DNA of 64,000 nt from a bacterium. Lineage in GTDB: Bacteria; Patescibacteriota; Patescibacteriia; Patescibacteriales; Patescibacteriaceae. The stretch is from assembly GCA_035351315.1 (NCBI GenBank), contig DAOPVX010000002.1, positions 23,717 to 87,716 of the forward strand, in the 5' to 3' direction. The notes under the pieces are model-generated. The model had not been told where the DNA came from. It saw only the letters and a list, made by a program, of their open reading frames with translations, and ran no database searches. Every line of letters starts with the position of its first letter. The first letter of the stretch is position 1. Of this stretch, positions 28,182 through 37,807 are shown one piece after another. The position numbers and the translations under genes are program-made.

Positions 28182-29261
28182 ATGACTACCTACAAGATTG
28201 CCACTATCTTAATCAATTACCAAGATTACGCCAATAAATATTTAGCTGATTGTTGGGCTAGTCTAGAAAAGCTTAATTTAGCTACTGATGATTGGCAAAT
28301 TGATCACACTATTTTTATTGTTGATAATCAGTCCGATGACAAAACTTATCAAACACTGCAGACTATGGCGCCAACAGCTCGCCTGATTCGCAATGCCACC
28401 AATGATGGTTTTGCTAAGGGTAATAATGACGCCATTGCCATCGCTATGGCCGAGGGTTGTGATTTTGTCTGGGTGTTGAATATGGACACCATTGTTGAGC
28501 CGGACAGCTTGATTGAGTTAGTCAAACCAATGTTAGTTAATCAAAAATTGGGTGCCGCGCAATCCTTAATGCGTTTATGGCCGGATCAAGATCTGATTAA
28601 CAGTTCGGGTAATGCTACGCATTTTTTAGGCTACGGATATTGTCTTGATTATCGTAAGCCAGTCGCAGAACTTAACCTAGCCGCTATTGATGGACAAGCC
28701 ATAGCTTATCCATCGGGGGCTGCAGTACTTTTTCGCTTATCAGCTTTGCGGCAAGTTGGTTTGTTTGATGAGACTTTTTGGATGTATAATGAAGATCAAG
28801 ACTTAGGTTGGCGGTTATGGCTAGCTGGTTGGGATTGTCGGTTGGCGGCTCATTCTCAAATTTATCATAAATATCAATTTAGTCGTAGTAGCAGTAAGTA
28901 TTATTGGCTTGATCGTAATCGGCTATTGTCTGGCTGGAAAAACTATCATTGGTTAACCATTATTGTTTTATTACCAGCTCTTTTAAGTAGTGATTTGATT
29001 TTAGCTATTATGTCTTGGCGCGCTGGTCGCCTCAAACACAAATTAAATGCTTGGTGGTATTTTATTAATCCATTGCACTGGCCGATGCTACTCAAGTCGC
29101 GCTGGCAATCACAACGTTTACGCCGGCGGCCCGATCGACAGATTATTAAGATCTTTAGCGGTCGTATTTTGTTTCAAGAGGTTGATAGCCAAACAGTTCG
29201 TTGGGGTAACTGGTTTCTCAATTTTTATTGGCAAGTCATTAAGCTAATAATTATTTGGTAA
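28182..29261 (+). CDS. Family 2 glycosyltransferase with C-terminal TM segment
   Basis: VDNQSDDKT, NDGFAKGNNDA, VLNMDT and MYNEDQDLGWRLWLAGW. Confidence 0.8.
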   Translation: MTTYKIATILINYQDYANKYLADCWASLEKLNLATDDWQIDHTIFIVDNQSDDKTYQTLQTMAPTARLIRNATNDGFAKGNNDAIAIAMAEGCDFVWVLNMDTIVEPDSLIELVKPMLVNQKLGAAQSLMRLWPDQDLINSSGNATHFLGYGYCLDYRKPVAELNLAAIDGQAIAYPSGAAVLFRLSALRQVGLFDETFWMYNEDQDLGWRLWLAGWDCRLAAHSQIYHKYQFSRSSSKYYWLDRNRLLSGWKNYHWLTIIVLLPALLSSDLILAIMSWRAGRLKHKLNAWWYFINPLHWPMLLKSRWQSQRLRRRPDRQIIKIFSGRILFQEVDSQTVRWGNWFLNFYWQVIKLIIIW

Positions 29262-29262
29262 T

Positions 29263-30081
29263 ATGGATATTAGCGTTTCCATAGTTAATTATTACAGTCA
29301 AAAGGTTATCTATCGCTGTTTAGAGTCCTTGCGCCAAACTAATTGGCATGGCTTGGAGCATGAAATAATAATTGTTGATAATTCCCACGAAACTGATCTA
29401 GCCGCCAAAATAGCCAAAGAGTGGCCGGAAGTTCGTTATATCGCCAACAGCAACACTGGTTATGGGGCTGGTAATAATTTAGCTTTGCGTCAGGCCACCG
29501 GCAAATATTTTTTAGTTATGAATCCCGATACGGCAGTTGCTCCAGATACTATCAAACGGTTATATGATTTTATGGAGGCTCATCCTCAAGTTGGTATGGT
29601 CGGTCCGCGACAGCGCAATCTTGATGGTAGCCGTCAGGCCTCTTGTTATCGCTGGCATACCTTAGCAACTCCATTTTGCCGTCGCTGGCCGTGGTTGAGT
29701 CGATATCGTTGGGTTCGTCGCGAGCTTAGGCGCTTTCTCTTGGAAGATGTTGACCTGGAACGGACGATGCCGGTTGATTGGTTACTCGGTTCTTTTTTAC
29801 TGATTAGAGCCGCAGCGATGCGGCAGGTCGGTTATTTTGATGAGCGTTATAAGTTATATTTTGAAGACACTGATCTTAGTCGGCAGATGTGGTATCACGG
29901 TTGGCAGGTGGTTTACTATCCCGGTACCGAAGTTTTACACAATCATCAACGAGCCAGCGCCCAAGCTGCTTGGTATAAGGTGTTAAATAATCGAGTTGGT
30001 CGCCAGCATACGCTATCTTGGTTTAAGTATTTATTAAAATGGGGTCTAATAGCTAAGTCTAATATTCCTCGTAACCAATAA
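29263..30081 (+). CDS. Family 2 glycosyltransferase
   Basis: VDNSHE, NTGYGAGNNLA, VMNPDT and YFEDTDLSRQMWYHGW. Confidence 0.8.
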   Translation: MDISVSIVNYYSQKVIYRCLESLRQTNWHGLEHEIIIVDNSHETDLAAKIAKEWPEVRYIANSNTGYGAGNNLALRQATGKYFLVMNPDTAVAPDTIKRLYDFMEAHPQVGMVGPRQRNLDGSRQASCYRWHTLATPFCRRWPWLSRYRWVRRELRRFLLEDVDLERTMPVDWLLGSFLLIRAAAMRQVGYFDERYKLYFEDTDLSRQMWYHGWQVVYYPGTEVLHNHQRASAQAAWYKVLNNRVGRQHTLSWFKYLLKWGLIAKSNIPRNQ

Positions 30082-30088
30082 TTTTACT

Positions 30089-30958
30089 ATGCGCAAGATT
30101 ACTAAAGCTATTTTACCGGTTGCCGGTTTCGGCACTCGTTTTTTGCCAGCTACTAAGGCACAGCCCAAAGAAATGTTGCCGGTAGTTGACAAGCCGGCGA
30201 TTCAATACTTGGTTGAAGATGCGGTCGCCGCCGGCATTGAAGAGATTATTTTTGTTACTGGCCGTGGCAAACGAGCTATTGAGGATCATTTTGATTATTC
30301 TTTTGAATTAGATAAAACTTTAGTCGAAAAACATAAGCTGGACTTAGTTAAGCAAGTGCGGCGGATTTCCGAAATGGCTAAATTTTCTTATGTCCGCCAA
30401 CCACTGCCATTGGGTGACGGTCATGCTTTAGCTTGTGCGGCTCATTTAGTTTATGACGAGCCGGTTTTGGTGATGTTTGGCGATACTCTCTATGATGCCG
30501 ACGAGGGTCCAGCTAGCCAAGTTTTAAAAACTTTTGATAAATACGGCGATCCGGTTATTGGTTTGTCGGCGGTTGATCGACAAGAAGTCAGCAAATTCGG
30601 CGTTATTGATGGTTTAGCGTTGGCTGATAATGTTTATGAAATTAAGCAATTTATTGAGAAGCCCAGTCCGCAAGAGGCGCCATCCAATTTGGTGGCCGTC
30701 GGCATCTATGTCATTACTCCTGATGTTTTACATACTTTGACTATGATGAAACCGCGGCCCAACGGTGAGTTGCGTTTAGCTGATGCTTTTGTGCAAATGT
30801 TAGCGGCTGACCGGCCGTTATATGGGCAAGAACTAATTGGTACCTGGCTAGATACCGGCGATAAGCTTAGCATGATTAAGGCTAATATTCAGCTTGGTCT
30901 GAAAAACAAAGAGATTGGTGCTGATTTGCGTCGCTTTATTGAAGGGATATTGCGTTGA
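30089..30958 (+). CDS. galU: UTP--glucose-1-phosphate uridylyltransferase
   Basis: AILPVAGFGTRFLPATKAQPKEMLPVVDKPAIQY, GRGKRAIEDHFD, EKP and VGIYV. Confidence 0.92.
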   Translation: MRKITKAILPVAGFGTRFLPATKAQPKEMLPVVDKPAIQYLVEDAVAAGIEEIIFVTGRGKRAIEDHFDYSFELDKTLVEKHKLDLVKQVRRISEMAKFSYVRQPLPLGDGHALACAAHLVYDEPVLVMFGDTLYDADEGPASQVLKTFDKYGDPVIGLSAVDRQEVSKFGVIDGLALADNVYEIKQFIEKPSPQEAPSNLVAVGIYVITPDVLHTLTMMKPRPNGELRLADAFVQMLAADRPLYGQELIGTWLDTGDKLSMIKANIQLGLKNKEIGADLRRFIEGILR

Positions 30959-31825
30959 TTATAGGGCCAGAGAAAATAGTCCGCTCTTGGTGCCGATCCG
31001 TCCATAAAAATAGAGCTGGTCGACTTTTTTATTAACCGCTGCCGCCCCGAGTTCGTCAAGTTCGGCTAACTGCCAGATATTGTATCCTTGGCGATCGTCT
31101 AATTCAATTAACTGCCAGCTGGAGTCGTGGCCATAAATTAAATAATTGCTAGTGTCGGGCAGGCAGATCAATTGATTAATAGTTTGGCTAAAGCGACCGA
31201 GTAGTACTTTGGTTTTATGATCTGGATCGGCTAGCCATAGTTCAAATTGACTGGCATAGGCAATTTTTTTATCAGGCAGTGGACAAGCTAGATGGATTGA
31301 GCGAGTGTCTAGCCAATTGTCAATTAGACTGCTATTGGGTATTAAATCGTTAATCGTGTCGGTAGTTAAATTTTTGTTATTGAGATTAAGCTGGTTATTA
31401 CCTAATAAACTAGCAGTATCCACGGTGCTGCTAGCCGGCAAATCAGCTTGCCATTGCGGTTCAGCCTGCTTAAATAGCCGGACATCTTTAGCAAAAGTTG
31501 TTTCAGCCGGTTTAATGGTTAGAATTTTTCGCCAGCTATGGTAGCCGTCTAAACTGAGATTAACTGTGTAATTACTTGGTCGTAGATTTTTTAGCTTAAA
31601 GGGGGTGTTTAGATTTTTAGGTTTACTGAACCAAGCTCGTAATTCTTCAATATTGACCTGAGCGCCGCTGGGAATAGTCTTTATTTCTAGTAGGCCGGTT
31701 TTTTCTAGCTTAAGATTGCGCCAATTAATGTGATAGCCGGTAGCATAGGCTAACACTAACGGTGTTATTATTAAAAACAAGAGAATAAATAAACGCGATA
31801 GCCATTGTCGCTGAAGGAGGCTCAT
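30959..31825 (-). CDS. PEGA-domain protein with N-terminal membrane anchor
   Basis: A TM helix, then LEIKTIPSGAQVNIE ... YTVNLSLDGYHSWRKILTIKPAETT (PEGA-like beta-sandwich pattern). It is co-directional with murA. Confidence 0.65.
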   Translation of the reverse strand: MSLLQRQWLSRLFILLFLIITPLVLAYATGYHINWRNLKLEKTGLLEIKTIPSGAQVNIEELRAWFSKPKNLNTPFKLKNLRPSNYTVNLSLDGYHSWRKILTIKPAETTFAKDVRLFKQAEPQWQADLPASSTVDTASLLGNNQLNLNNKNLTTDTINDLIPNSSLIDNWLDTRSIHLACPLPDKKIAYASQFELWLADPDHKTKVLLGRFSQTINQLICLPDTSNYLIYGHDSSWQLIELDDRQGYNIWQLAELDELGAAAVNKKVDQLYFYGRIGTKSGLFSLAL

Positions 31826-31830
31826 AATAT

Positions 31831-33090
31831 TTATTCAACTCGTTCAATGTCGGCGCCAATCGCCCGCAATCTTTCGGCAATTTGTTGATAGCCGCGTTCT
31901 ATTTGATAGATATTGTCAATTTCTGTTTTACCTTCAGCAATTAAGGCTGCCATAACCATAGCCATGCCGGCTCGCAAATCGGGCGAAGTTAGTTTGCGAC
32001 CATGTAGCGGCGTTGGCCCATTAATAACCACTCGATGCGGATCGCACATAATTATATTGGCCCCCATTTGGGTCAGCATATCGGTAAACAATAAGCGGCG
32101 GTCATAAATAGTTTCATGAACAATACTGGATCCTTGCGCCTGGGTCATTAAAACGGTGTATGGTGACTGCAAATCAGTCGGGAAACCGGGATATTCGTGA
32201 GTTTTAATACTATAGGCCGTAATATTTTTACTCGGCAGCATCTTTAGCCAATTGTCGCCTCGTTCAAAATTAACACCCTGCTTACGAAAAATATTTAATA
32301 AAACACTGATATGATCTGGAAAACAATCGGTAATTAATAATTCGCAACGGCTGGCTGCCGCCAGTAAAGCAAAGGTGCCGGTTTCAATCCGATCAGGCAT
32401 GACGGTAAAAGCGCCACCACCGATTGATTGTACGCCGTTAACAATAATAGTTGATGTGCCGGCTCCGCTGATGTCAGCGCCCTGGCTATTAAGATAATCA
32501 GCCAAAGCGACAATTTCTGGCTCCATGGCGCAGTTCTCTAAGACGGTTTGACCGGCGGCCAGAACAGCCGTCATCATTAGAGCTTCGGTTCCGGTTACAC
32601 TGATAGTGGTAAAAAAGTAGTTGGCTCCGGATAATTGCTTAGCCGCCAAATGATAGTAGCCATCAGCAAATTCTATCTGCGCACCAAAAGAGCGAAAGCC
32701 TTCTAAAAATAAATCAATCGGCCGAGTGCCGGCTCCGATGACACAGCCGCCAGGGTGTGGAAAGCTAACCTGGCCCATTCGGGCTAGAATCGGACCGACA
32801 AACATAATTGAGGCCCGTAGCTTATTAGCTAGTTCGGCGGGAATAATCGTTGTTGCCAGGTTTTTGGTTTGGATCCGGCATTGATCAGTCTGCCGATCAA
32901 CTAGACCGCCCAGCGATTTAATAATTTCTAGCGATCGTTTGATGTCTTCAATATCAGGCAGATTATCAATAATGATCGGTTGATCAGACAGCAGACTGGC
33001 TGGAATAATTTTGAGCGCTAAATTTTTTGCTCCGCCAACCTTGATCTGGCCACCCAGCGGTTGTCGGCCGTTAATAATGAATTTACTCAT
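31831..33090 (-). CDS. murA: UDP-N-acetylglucosamine 1-carboxyvinyltransferase
   Basis: GGQIKVGGAKN, the active-site region PGGCVIGAGTRPIDL, FPGFPTDLQ and DLRAGMAMVMAAL. The start at MSKFIINGRQ (33090) is preferred to 33120. Confidence 0.93.
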   Translation of the reverse strand: MSKFIINGRQPLGGQIKVGGAKNLALKIIPASLLSDQPIIIDNLPDIEDIKRSLEIIKSLGGLVDRQTDQCRIQTKNLATTIIPAELANKLRASIMFVGPILARMGQVSFPHPGGCVIGAGTRPIDLFLEGFRSFGAQIEFADGYYHLAAKQLSGANYFFTTISVTGTEALMMTAVLAAGQTVLENCAMEPEIVALADYLNSQGADISGAGTSTIIVNGVQSIGGGAFTVMPDRIETGTFALLAAASRCELLITDCFPDHISVLLNIFRKQGVNFERGDNWLKMLPSKNITAYSIKTHEYPGFPTDLQSPYTVLMTQAQGSSIVHETIYDRRLLFTDMLTQMGANIIMCDPHRVVINGPTPLHGRKLTSPDLRAGMAMVMAALIAEGKTEIDNIYQIERGYQQIAERLRAIGADIERVE

Positions 33091-33131
33091 AAATTGTAAT
33101 GATTTAATTATTATCATCATAGACTACTTTG

Positions 33132-33160
33132 TTGATTCTTTCAACTTATGTTAATATAAT
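33132..33160 (+). promoter_or_regulatory. Sigma70-like promoter for ctpA
   Basis: TTGATT (33132-33137), a 17-nt spacer, then TATAAT (33155-33160). Confidence 0.45.
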
Positions 33161-33186
33161 AAAAGATTAATAATAATTTATTTTTT

Positions 33187-34458
33187 ATGTTTCAGCGTCG
33201 CTCAACGAAATGTTGGGGTCGTTTTTTGGGTTGGTTATTTTTAGTGGCGATAATCGCCAGCGGTGGTTTTTTATTTGGCTTATTTTATGGTCAAAGGGCT
33301 GAATTAGCCCGTCGGCTTTCTGATTCGCAGGCGGTTTTTTTGGGGCGCTTAACTGGAATTTATCAACAAGATCAACAAGGTCGTTTAATTAGTGATATTG
33401 ATTTTTCTTTATTTTGGCAAACTTGGGATTTGATTAAAGCTAACTATGTTGATCAGGACAAGCTGACTGATAAGCAGATGTTTTATGGTGCTCTTAGCGG
33501 TTTGGTTAGTTCGGTTGATGATCCTTATACCGTCTTTATGAATCCAGAAGAATCCAAGCTGTTTAATGAGGATTTGACCGGCACTTTTTCGGGAATTGGC
33601 GCTGAAGTTGGTCTGCGTAATGATGTTATAACTATCATTGCGCCGTTAGCTGGCACTCCAGCGGAACGGGCCGGTTTGCGTTCTGGCGACAAAGTTTACG
33701 CTATTGATAAACAATCTACCGTTGGCTTGACTGTTGACGAAGCGGTTAAAAAAATTCGTGGCGAGAAAGGCACAACTGTTATCCTGACTATTGCGCGCAA
33801 TGGTGATAAACTGCGCGATATCAGTATTACTCGCGATACTATCGTCGTGAAGAGCGTGGCCACTGACTATGATCAAACTAGTGGTCTGTATACTATTACT
33901 GTTAGTAATTTTAATGCTGACACCGAGCCTCTTTTTCAGGCGGCTGTTCAAGATATTGAACATCAGAAACCGCGCGGCTTGATTCTTGATTTGCGCAATA
34001 ACCCAGGTGGTTATCTTGATGCGGCCGTGGCTATTGCCAGTTTTTGGATTAGCGATGGAGTAATTGTTAGCGAACAATTTTCTAATCAGTCGGCAATTCA
34101 ATCACAACATGCCCGCGGCTTAGCGCCGTTAGCTGATCTACCAACCGTAGTGTTGATTAACCAAGGCAGCGCTTCGGCTTCGGAAATTGTGGCTGGAGCT
34201 TTAATGGATCATCAGCAGGCGACCATTATCGGCAAAACAACTTATGGCAAGGGCTCGGTGCAAGTTGTTCGCGATCTGCCTGACGGTTCAATGATTAAAA
34301 TAACTACTGCTAAATGGTTGACACCGAATGGTACTTCTATCAACGATAAAGGTATTAAGCCCAATATTGAAGTTGAGTTGACCGAAGATGATTTTAATAA
34401 GAATATTGATCCGCAGATGGTTAAAGCTCGCCAATTTTTATTACAAGAGGATAAATAA
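33187..34458 (+). CDS. ctpA: Carboxy-terminal processing protease (S41) with PDZ domain
   Basis: A TM anchor, GIGAEVG, PAERAGLRSGDKV (PDZ), LDLRNNPGG, NQGSASASEI and TYGKGSVQ. Confidence 0.9.
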   Translation: MFQRRSTKCWGRFLGWLFLVAIIASGGFLFGLFYGQRAELARRLSDSQAVFLGRLTGIYQQDQQGRLISDIDFSLFWQTWDLIKANYVDQDKLTDKQMFYGALSGLVSSVDDPYTVFMNPEESKLFNEDLTGTFSGIGAEVGLRNDVITIIAPLAGTPAERAGLRSGDKVYAIDKQSTVGLTVDEAVKKIRGEKGTTVILTIARNGDKLRDISITRDTIVVKSVATDYDQTSGLYTITVSNFNADTEPLFQAAVQDIEHQKPRGLILDLRNNPGGYLDAAVAIASFWISDGVIVSEQFSNQSAIQSQHARGLAPLADLPTVVLINQGSASASEIVAGALMDHQQATIIGKTTYGKGSVQVVRDLPDGSMIKITTAKWLTPNGTSINDKGIKPNIEVELTEDDFNKNIDPQMVKARQFLLQEDK

Positions 34459-34474
34459 TTATTAGTTTGTTCAA

Positions 34475-34506
34475 TAAAAAAACACCGCCTCAAGCGGTGT
34501 TTTTTG
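34475..34506. terminator. Bidirectional rho-independent terminator between ctpA and rpmA
   Basis: An A-run, ACACCGC (34482-34488), loop CTCAA, GCGGTGT (34494-34500), then a T-run. Confidence 0.8.
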
Positions 34507-34518
34507 TCATTGGTCTAA

Positions 34519-34791
34519 TTAACCAACCTCAACAATCTTAGTATTTTTGAGATGGCTATCAAAGCGGCGTAATTTTTTAGTACGGAATTTGATGGGTCCA
34601 GCGGCAGTGGCAAATAATGTATGATCATTGCCAACAGCTACATTATTTCCAGCGCGATATTTGGTGCCGCGTTGACGAACGATAATAGAGCCGGCCTTAG
34701 CAATCTGACCGTCTTGTAATTTAACGCCGAGGCGCTTACTTTGTGAGTCGCGTCCAAGCGATGTGGAGCCACCGGCTTTCTTGTGTGCCAT
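34519..34791 (-). CDS. rpmA: 50S ribosomal protein L27
   Basis: [24 protein letters not shown]...[22 protein letters not shown]. The start at MAHKK (34791) is preferred to the upstream TTG at 34809. Confidence 0.93.
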   Translation of the reverse strand: MAHKKAGGSTSLGRDSQSKRLGVKLQDGQIAKAGSIIVRQRGTKYRAGNNVAVGNDHTLFATAAGPIKFRTKKLRRFDSHLKNTKIVEVG

Positions 34792-34862
34792 AATAGTAAA
34801 ACTAAACAATAAAAAATCAGCTGTCTTTTAGCTGACCACTACTATAACAAAGGCTGACCAGC

Positions 34863-34890
34863 TTGTCAATTGCGCCTGGTCTGATATAAT
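34863..34890 (+). promoter_or_regulatory. Sigma70-like promoter for the 544-aa membrane protein gene
   Basis: TTGTCA (34863-34868), a 16-nt spacer, then TATAAT (34885-34890). Confidence 0.45.
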
Positions 34891-34926
34891 AAAATTATTA
34901 ATTATCATTAGCTTAAACTTATTCCC

Positions 34927-36561
34927 ATGACCAAACCGTTAATCACCAGCAAATTTTTTAATCGCTGGTTAATTAGTCTGTTAATAATTTTTGGTTTTTT
35001 ATTGCTGTTAAGGAATAGTTTTAGTTATCTTGATCCTGATTTTGGCTGGCATTATCGGGTCGGTCAAGAGATTTGGCAAAGTCGTCAATTGCCACGGATT
35101 GAACATCATATTTTTCCAGTGGCTGGTCAGAACTGGGTTGATCACGAATGGTTGTCTAACTTATTGTTGTTTTTAATAACCGATCTAGGTGGTTATTTCC
35201 TGCTCAGTCTGCTTTTCGCCGGCTTAATTATTCTAACCTGGTGGCTGTTAGCTCGATCAACTATCCGACATTGGCTTGATGGTCACGGTGACTGCCTAAT
35301 ATTCTGGCTGCTTTTAATTATTGGTTTTGTAGCCTGTTTGTCTAATTTTGGCATCCGTATTCAGGAAATAACTGTTTTGTTTTTGTTGATTTTAAATTTG
35401 TGGCTAGCTAAGGTTACCCGACAACGATTATGGCGGCCGTGGGAAATAATTGCTTTACCAGTCTTTTTTTGGTTGTGGGCCTGTCTGCATGGTGGATTTT
35501 TAATTGGTTTAGCCGTGATTATAACTTGGACATTTTTTCGCGGAATTCTTTATTATTTACATCGTCATCAGCGGTCAGCGGTTAGTCCGACCAATTTGCT
35601 ACCACTGAAAACTATTAAACAGTCAACCATCGTTGCTGGTTTATCTTTAGTAGCTACCTTTTTAACGCCGTATGGTTGGCGTCTGTATAGTTTTCTGGCT
35701 GATTATCAGAGTAACCGGGCTTATTTAAAGTTTATCCAAGAATGGCAGCCAATGACTGAAGCTATTTGGAGCTGGCGAATGCTTTATAGTTTATTTTTTG
35801 GAATGGCTTTAGTGCTATTGTATTTTCATCGGCGCAACCAAGCCAAAACTGATCGGCAAATTATTCAATGGTTATGGCAGCAAGATTGGTGGTCGTTACT
35901 ATTGTCTTTGATAATGTTTATAGCGGCTTGGCGTTCTTTGCGCCATTTCCCATTATTTTTTGTAGTTTCTTTACCGTGGTTAGCCGGCTTTTATTATCAC
36001 TCTTGGCAGGATTGCCATTTTCAGCCGAGTCGTTGGCCGGCTTATCTAAAATGGTTTATTTCGGCGGTAGCTATCTTGTCAATCGTCATTATACCGATAA
36101 GCACTCATTGGACAAATCAGCCAACCACTGATTATTGTGCCAAATATCCCTGTTCCGCTTTAGATTACTTGCGCCAATCGCCTTATCATAATTGGCCAAC
36201 CATTGTTGATTATGGTTGGGGTGGTTATTTTTATTGGCAATGGCCAGAGAAATCCATTTTCATTGATGGCCGTTTGCCACAATACCCTTGGCGCGACCGG
36301 ACGCTCATTGAACATTATAGCCGTTTCTTTATTGAGTCGGATATTAAGGATGCCTTAAATGATTATGATTTATCAGTTATCGTTTTAGCTCAACCGGCGC
36401 CTGTTAAGTTTAACTGGTTAGAAACTTGGTTGCTTGGCCGTGGCCAGCAAACTACAGATTATGAAACTTCTCAGGAAGTATTCCGTCGAGCTATGCTGAA
36501 ATTACCAAATTGGCGCTTAGTTTATTCTGATATGGTAGCCACGGTTTATGTCCGGCAATAA
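34927..36561 (+). CDS. Polytopic membrane protein, putative GT-C-fold glycosyltransferase
   Basis: At least 10 predicted TM helices. An acidic first loop (LDPDFGWHYRVG) resembles the GT-C catalytic loop. It overlaps the downstream polyprenol-phosphate-type GT2 gene by 14 nt. Confidence 0.5.
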   Translation: MTKPLITSKFFNRWLISLLIIFGFLLLLRNSFSYLDPDFGWHYRVGQEIWQSRQLPRIEHHIFPVAGQNWVDHEWLSNLLLFLITDLGGYFLLSLLFAGLIILTWWLLARSTIRHWLDGHGDCLIFWLLLIIGFVACLSNFGIRIQEITVLFLLILNLWLAKVTRQRLWRPWEIIALPVFFWLWACLHGGFLIGLAVIITWTFFRGILYYLHRHQRSAVSPTNLLPLKTIKQSTIVAGLSLVATFLTPYGWRLYSFLADYQSNRAYLKFIQEWQPMTEAIWSWRMLYSLFFGMALVLLYFHRRNQAKTDRQIIQWLWQQDWWSLLLSLIMFIAAWRSLRHFPLFFVVSLPWLAGFYYHSWQDCHFQPSRWPAYLKWFISAVAILSIVIIPISTHWTNQPTTDYCAKYPCSALDYLRQSPYHNWPTIVDYGWGGYFYWQWPEKSIFIDGRLPQYPWRDRTLIEHYSRFFIESDIKDALNDYDLSVIVLAQPAPVKFNWLETWLLGRGQQTTDYETSQEVFRRAMLKLPNWRLVYSDMVATVYVRQ

Positions 36562-37300
36562 GCGGATAACTCTTGATTTATGTCTGCCGGTTTATAATGA
36601 GGCAGCTATCTTAGCGAGTAATGTCCAGAGAATTGTAGACTTTATTAGTAGCAATCAATTAGCCGTTGACTGTCGTCTTATTATTTTAGTAAATGGTTCA
36701 ACTGATCAGTCACTTCAGATTGCTCAAGAATTAAGTCAGCGCTGGCCAAACCTTGTTAGTTATAAAAATTATGAAGTGGCTAGTCGCGGGTCAGCTTTAT
36801 TGGCTTACGCTGATATTAGTCCGGCTGATTGGTGGGGTTTTATGGATATTGATTTGGCAGTTGATTTGGCTAGTCTACAGCAATTTTTTAAGTTGATGGT
36901 TGATCAGTCAGCCGATGTTTTGTTAGCTTCTAGATTAATGCCCCAAAGTTCTTATAAGCACAAACTGACCAGAAAAATTATATCAGTAGTTTATAATCAG
37001 TTAGCTCGTTTTGCTTTAAAAACTTCAGTTAAAGATCATCAATGTGGTTTTAAATTCATTAGCCAATCATGGTGGAAAACTCTCCGACCATATTTACAAG
37101 ATTCTCGTTGGTTTTTAGATACAGAAATTATTGCCTGGACGACCAAATTAGGTGGTAGAATAGTTGAAATACCGGTTGATTGGGTTAACAATCGCTATCA
37201 TATTCGGCCGACTAAAATTAAATTAATTCGCGATATAAGCAATTTTTTAATTAATCTATATTGTTTAAGAAAGCGCCTGCGCGCTCATCGCTCATCATAA
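36548..37300 (+). CDS. Family 2 glycosyltransferase, polyprenol-phosphate sugar synthase-like (GtrB/DPM1 type)
   Basis: LPVYNEAAIL, VNGSTDQS, MDIDLA (DxD-like) and QCGFKF. Confidence 0.75.
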   Translation: MSGNKRITLDLCLPVYNEAAILASNVQRIVDFISSNQLAVDCRLIILVNGSTDQSLQIAQELSQRWPNLVSYKNYEVASRGSALLAYADISPADWWGFMDIDLAVDLASLQQFFKLMVDQSADVLLASRLMPQSSYKHKLTRKIISVVYNQLARFALKTSVKDHQCGFKFISQSWWKTLRPYLQDSRWFLDTEIIAWTTKLGGRIVEIPVDWVNNRYHIRPTKIKLIRDISNFLINLYCLRKRLRAHRSS

Positions 37301-37399
37301 TCGTAACTTGAATTAGAATTAATTTAAGAAGTTTTAAGCTATTGCCTTTTTAATATTTCTTTGATAAAGTTGAGCCAGCAATTTTGAAATTGCTTTTTT

Positions 37400-37472
37400 G
37401 CGCCGTTAGCTCAGTTGGTAGAGCAACTGCCTTTTAAGCAGATGGTCACTGGTTCGAGTCCAGTACGGCGTA
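37400..37472 (+). tRNA. tRNA-Lys(UUU), CCA not encoded
   Basis: GCGCCGT-TA-GCTC-AGTTGGTA-GAGC-A-ACTGC-CTTTTAA-GCAGA-TGGTC-ACTGG-TTCGAGT-CCAGT-ACGGCGT-A. Confidence 0.92.
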
Positions 37473-37495
37473 CTCAATGAATCACCTGGCGTTAA

Positions 37496-37571
37496 GCCAC
37501 CCTAGCTCAGTTGGCAGAGCAACGGTTTTGTAAACCGTAGGTCGTCGGTTCAAGCCCGACGGGTGGCTCCA
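37496..37571 (+). tRNA. tRNA-Thr(UGU), CCA encoded
   Basis: GCCACCC-TA-GCTC-AGTTGGCA-GAGC-A-ACGGT-TTTGTAA-ACCGT-AGGTC-GTCGG-TTCAAGC-CCGAC-GGGTGGC-T-CCA. Confidence 0.93.
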
Positions 37572-37577
37572 AATCAT

Positions 37578-37608
37578 AAAAAAACAACCCAATCCGGGTT
37601 GTTTTTTT
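37578..37608. terminator. Bidirectional rho-independent terminator between the tRNAs and rpmB
   Basis: An A-run, ACAACCC (37584-37590), loop AATCC, GGGTTGT (37596-37602), then a T-run. Confidence 0.8.
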
Positions 37609-37624
37609 ATTGAAGAAATCAAGA

Positions 37625-37807
37625 TTATTCTTTACCTTCCCATTTTTTAGCAGTTTTTAGGCAACTGGTACAAACCTTAATAGTGCCGCCGTCAACTTTA
37701 CAATTTTGTAGGTTGATGCCTTGGCGGCGGATAGTTTTAATATTGGAGTGGGAGCGGCTAGCGCCCTTGGTGGCGCTGCGCTGGCAAATATCGCATTGCT
37801 TAGCCAT
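37625..37807 (-). CDS. rpmB: 50S ribosomal protein L28 (Cys-containing form)
   Basis: MAKQCDICQRSATKGASRSHSNIKTIRRQGINLQ matches the L28 N-terminus. It has CxxC...CxxC cysteines. Confidence 0.88.
   Translation of the reverse strand: MAKQCDICQRSATKGASRSHSNIKTIRRQGINLQNCKVDGGTIKVCTSCLKTAKKWEGKE

Noticed and set aside
33646-34101. 151-aa minus-strand ORF
   Set aside because: It lies entirely antisense within the well-supported ctpA CDS, has no recognisable motifs and has a low-complexity composition. It is most likely a chance open frame.
34792-34809. N-terminal MFSFTI extension of L27, suggestive of a Prp-cleaved propeptide
   Set aside because: The extension starts at a TTG. It lacks the FxxF-A|SKK-type cleavage context, and no Prp-like gene is adjacent. 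MAHKKAGGS is the canonical mature N-terminus, so ATG 34791 is taken as the start.
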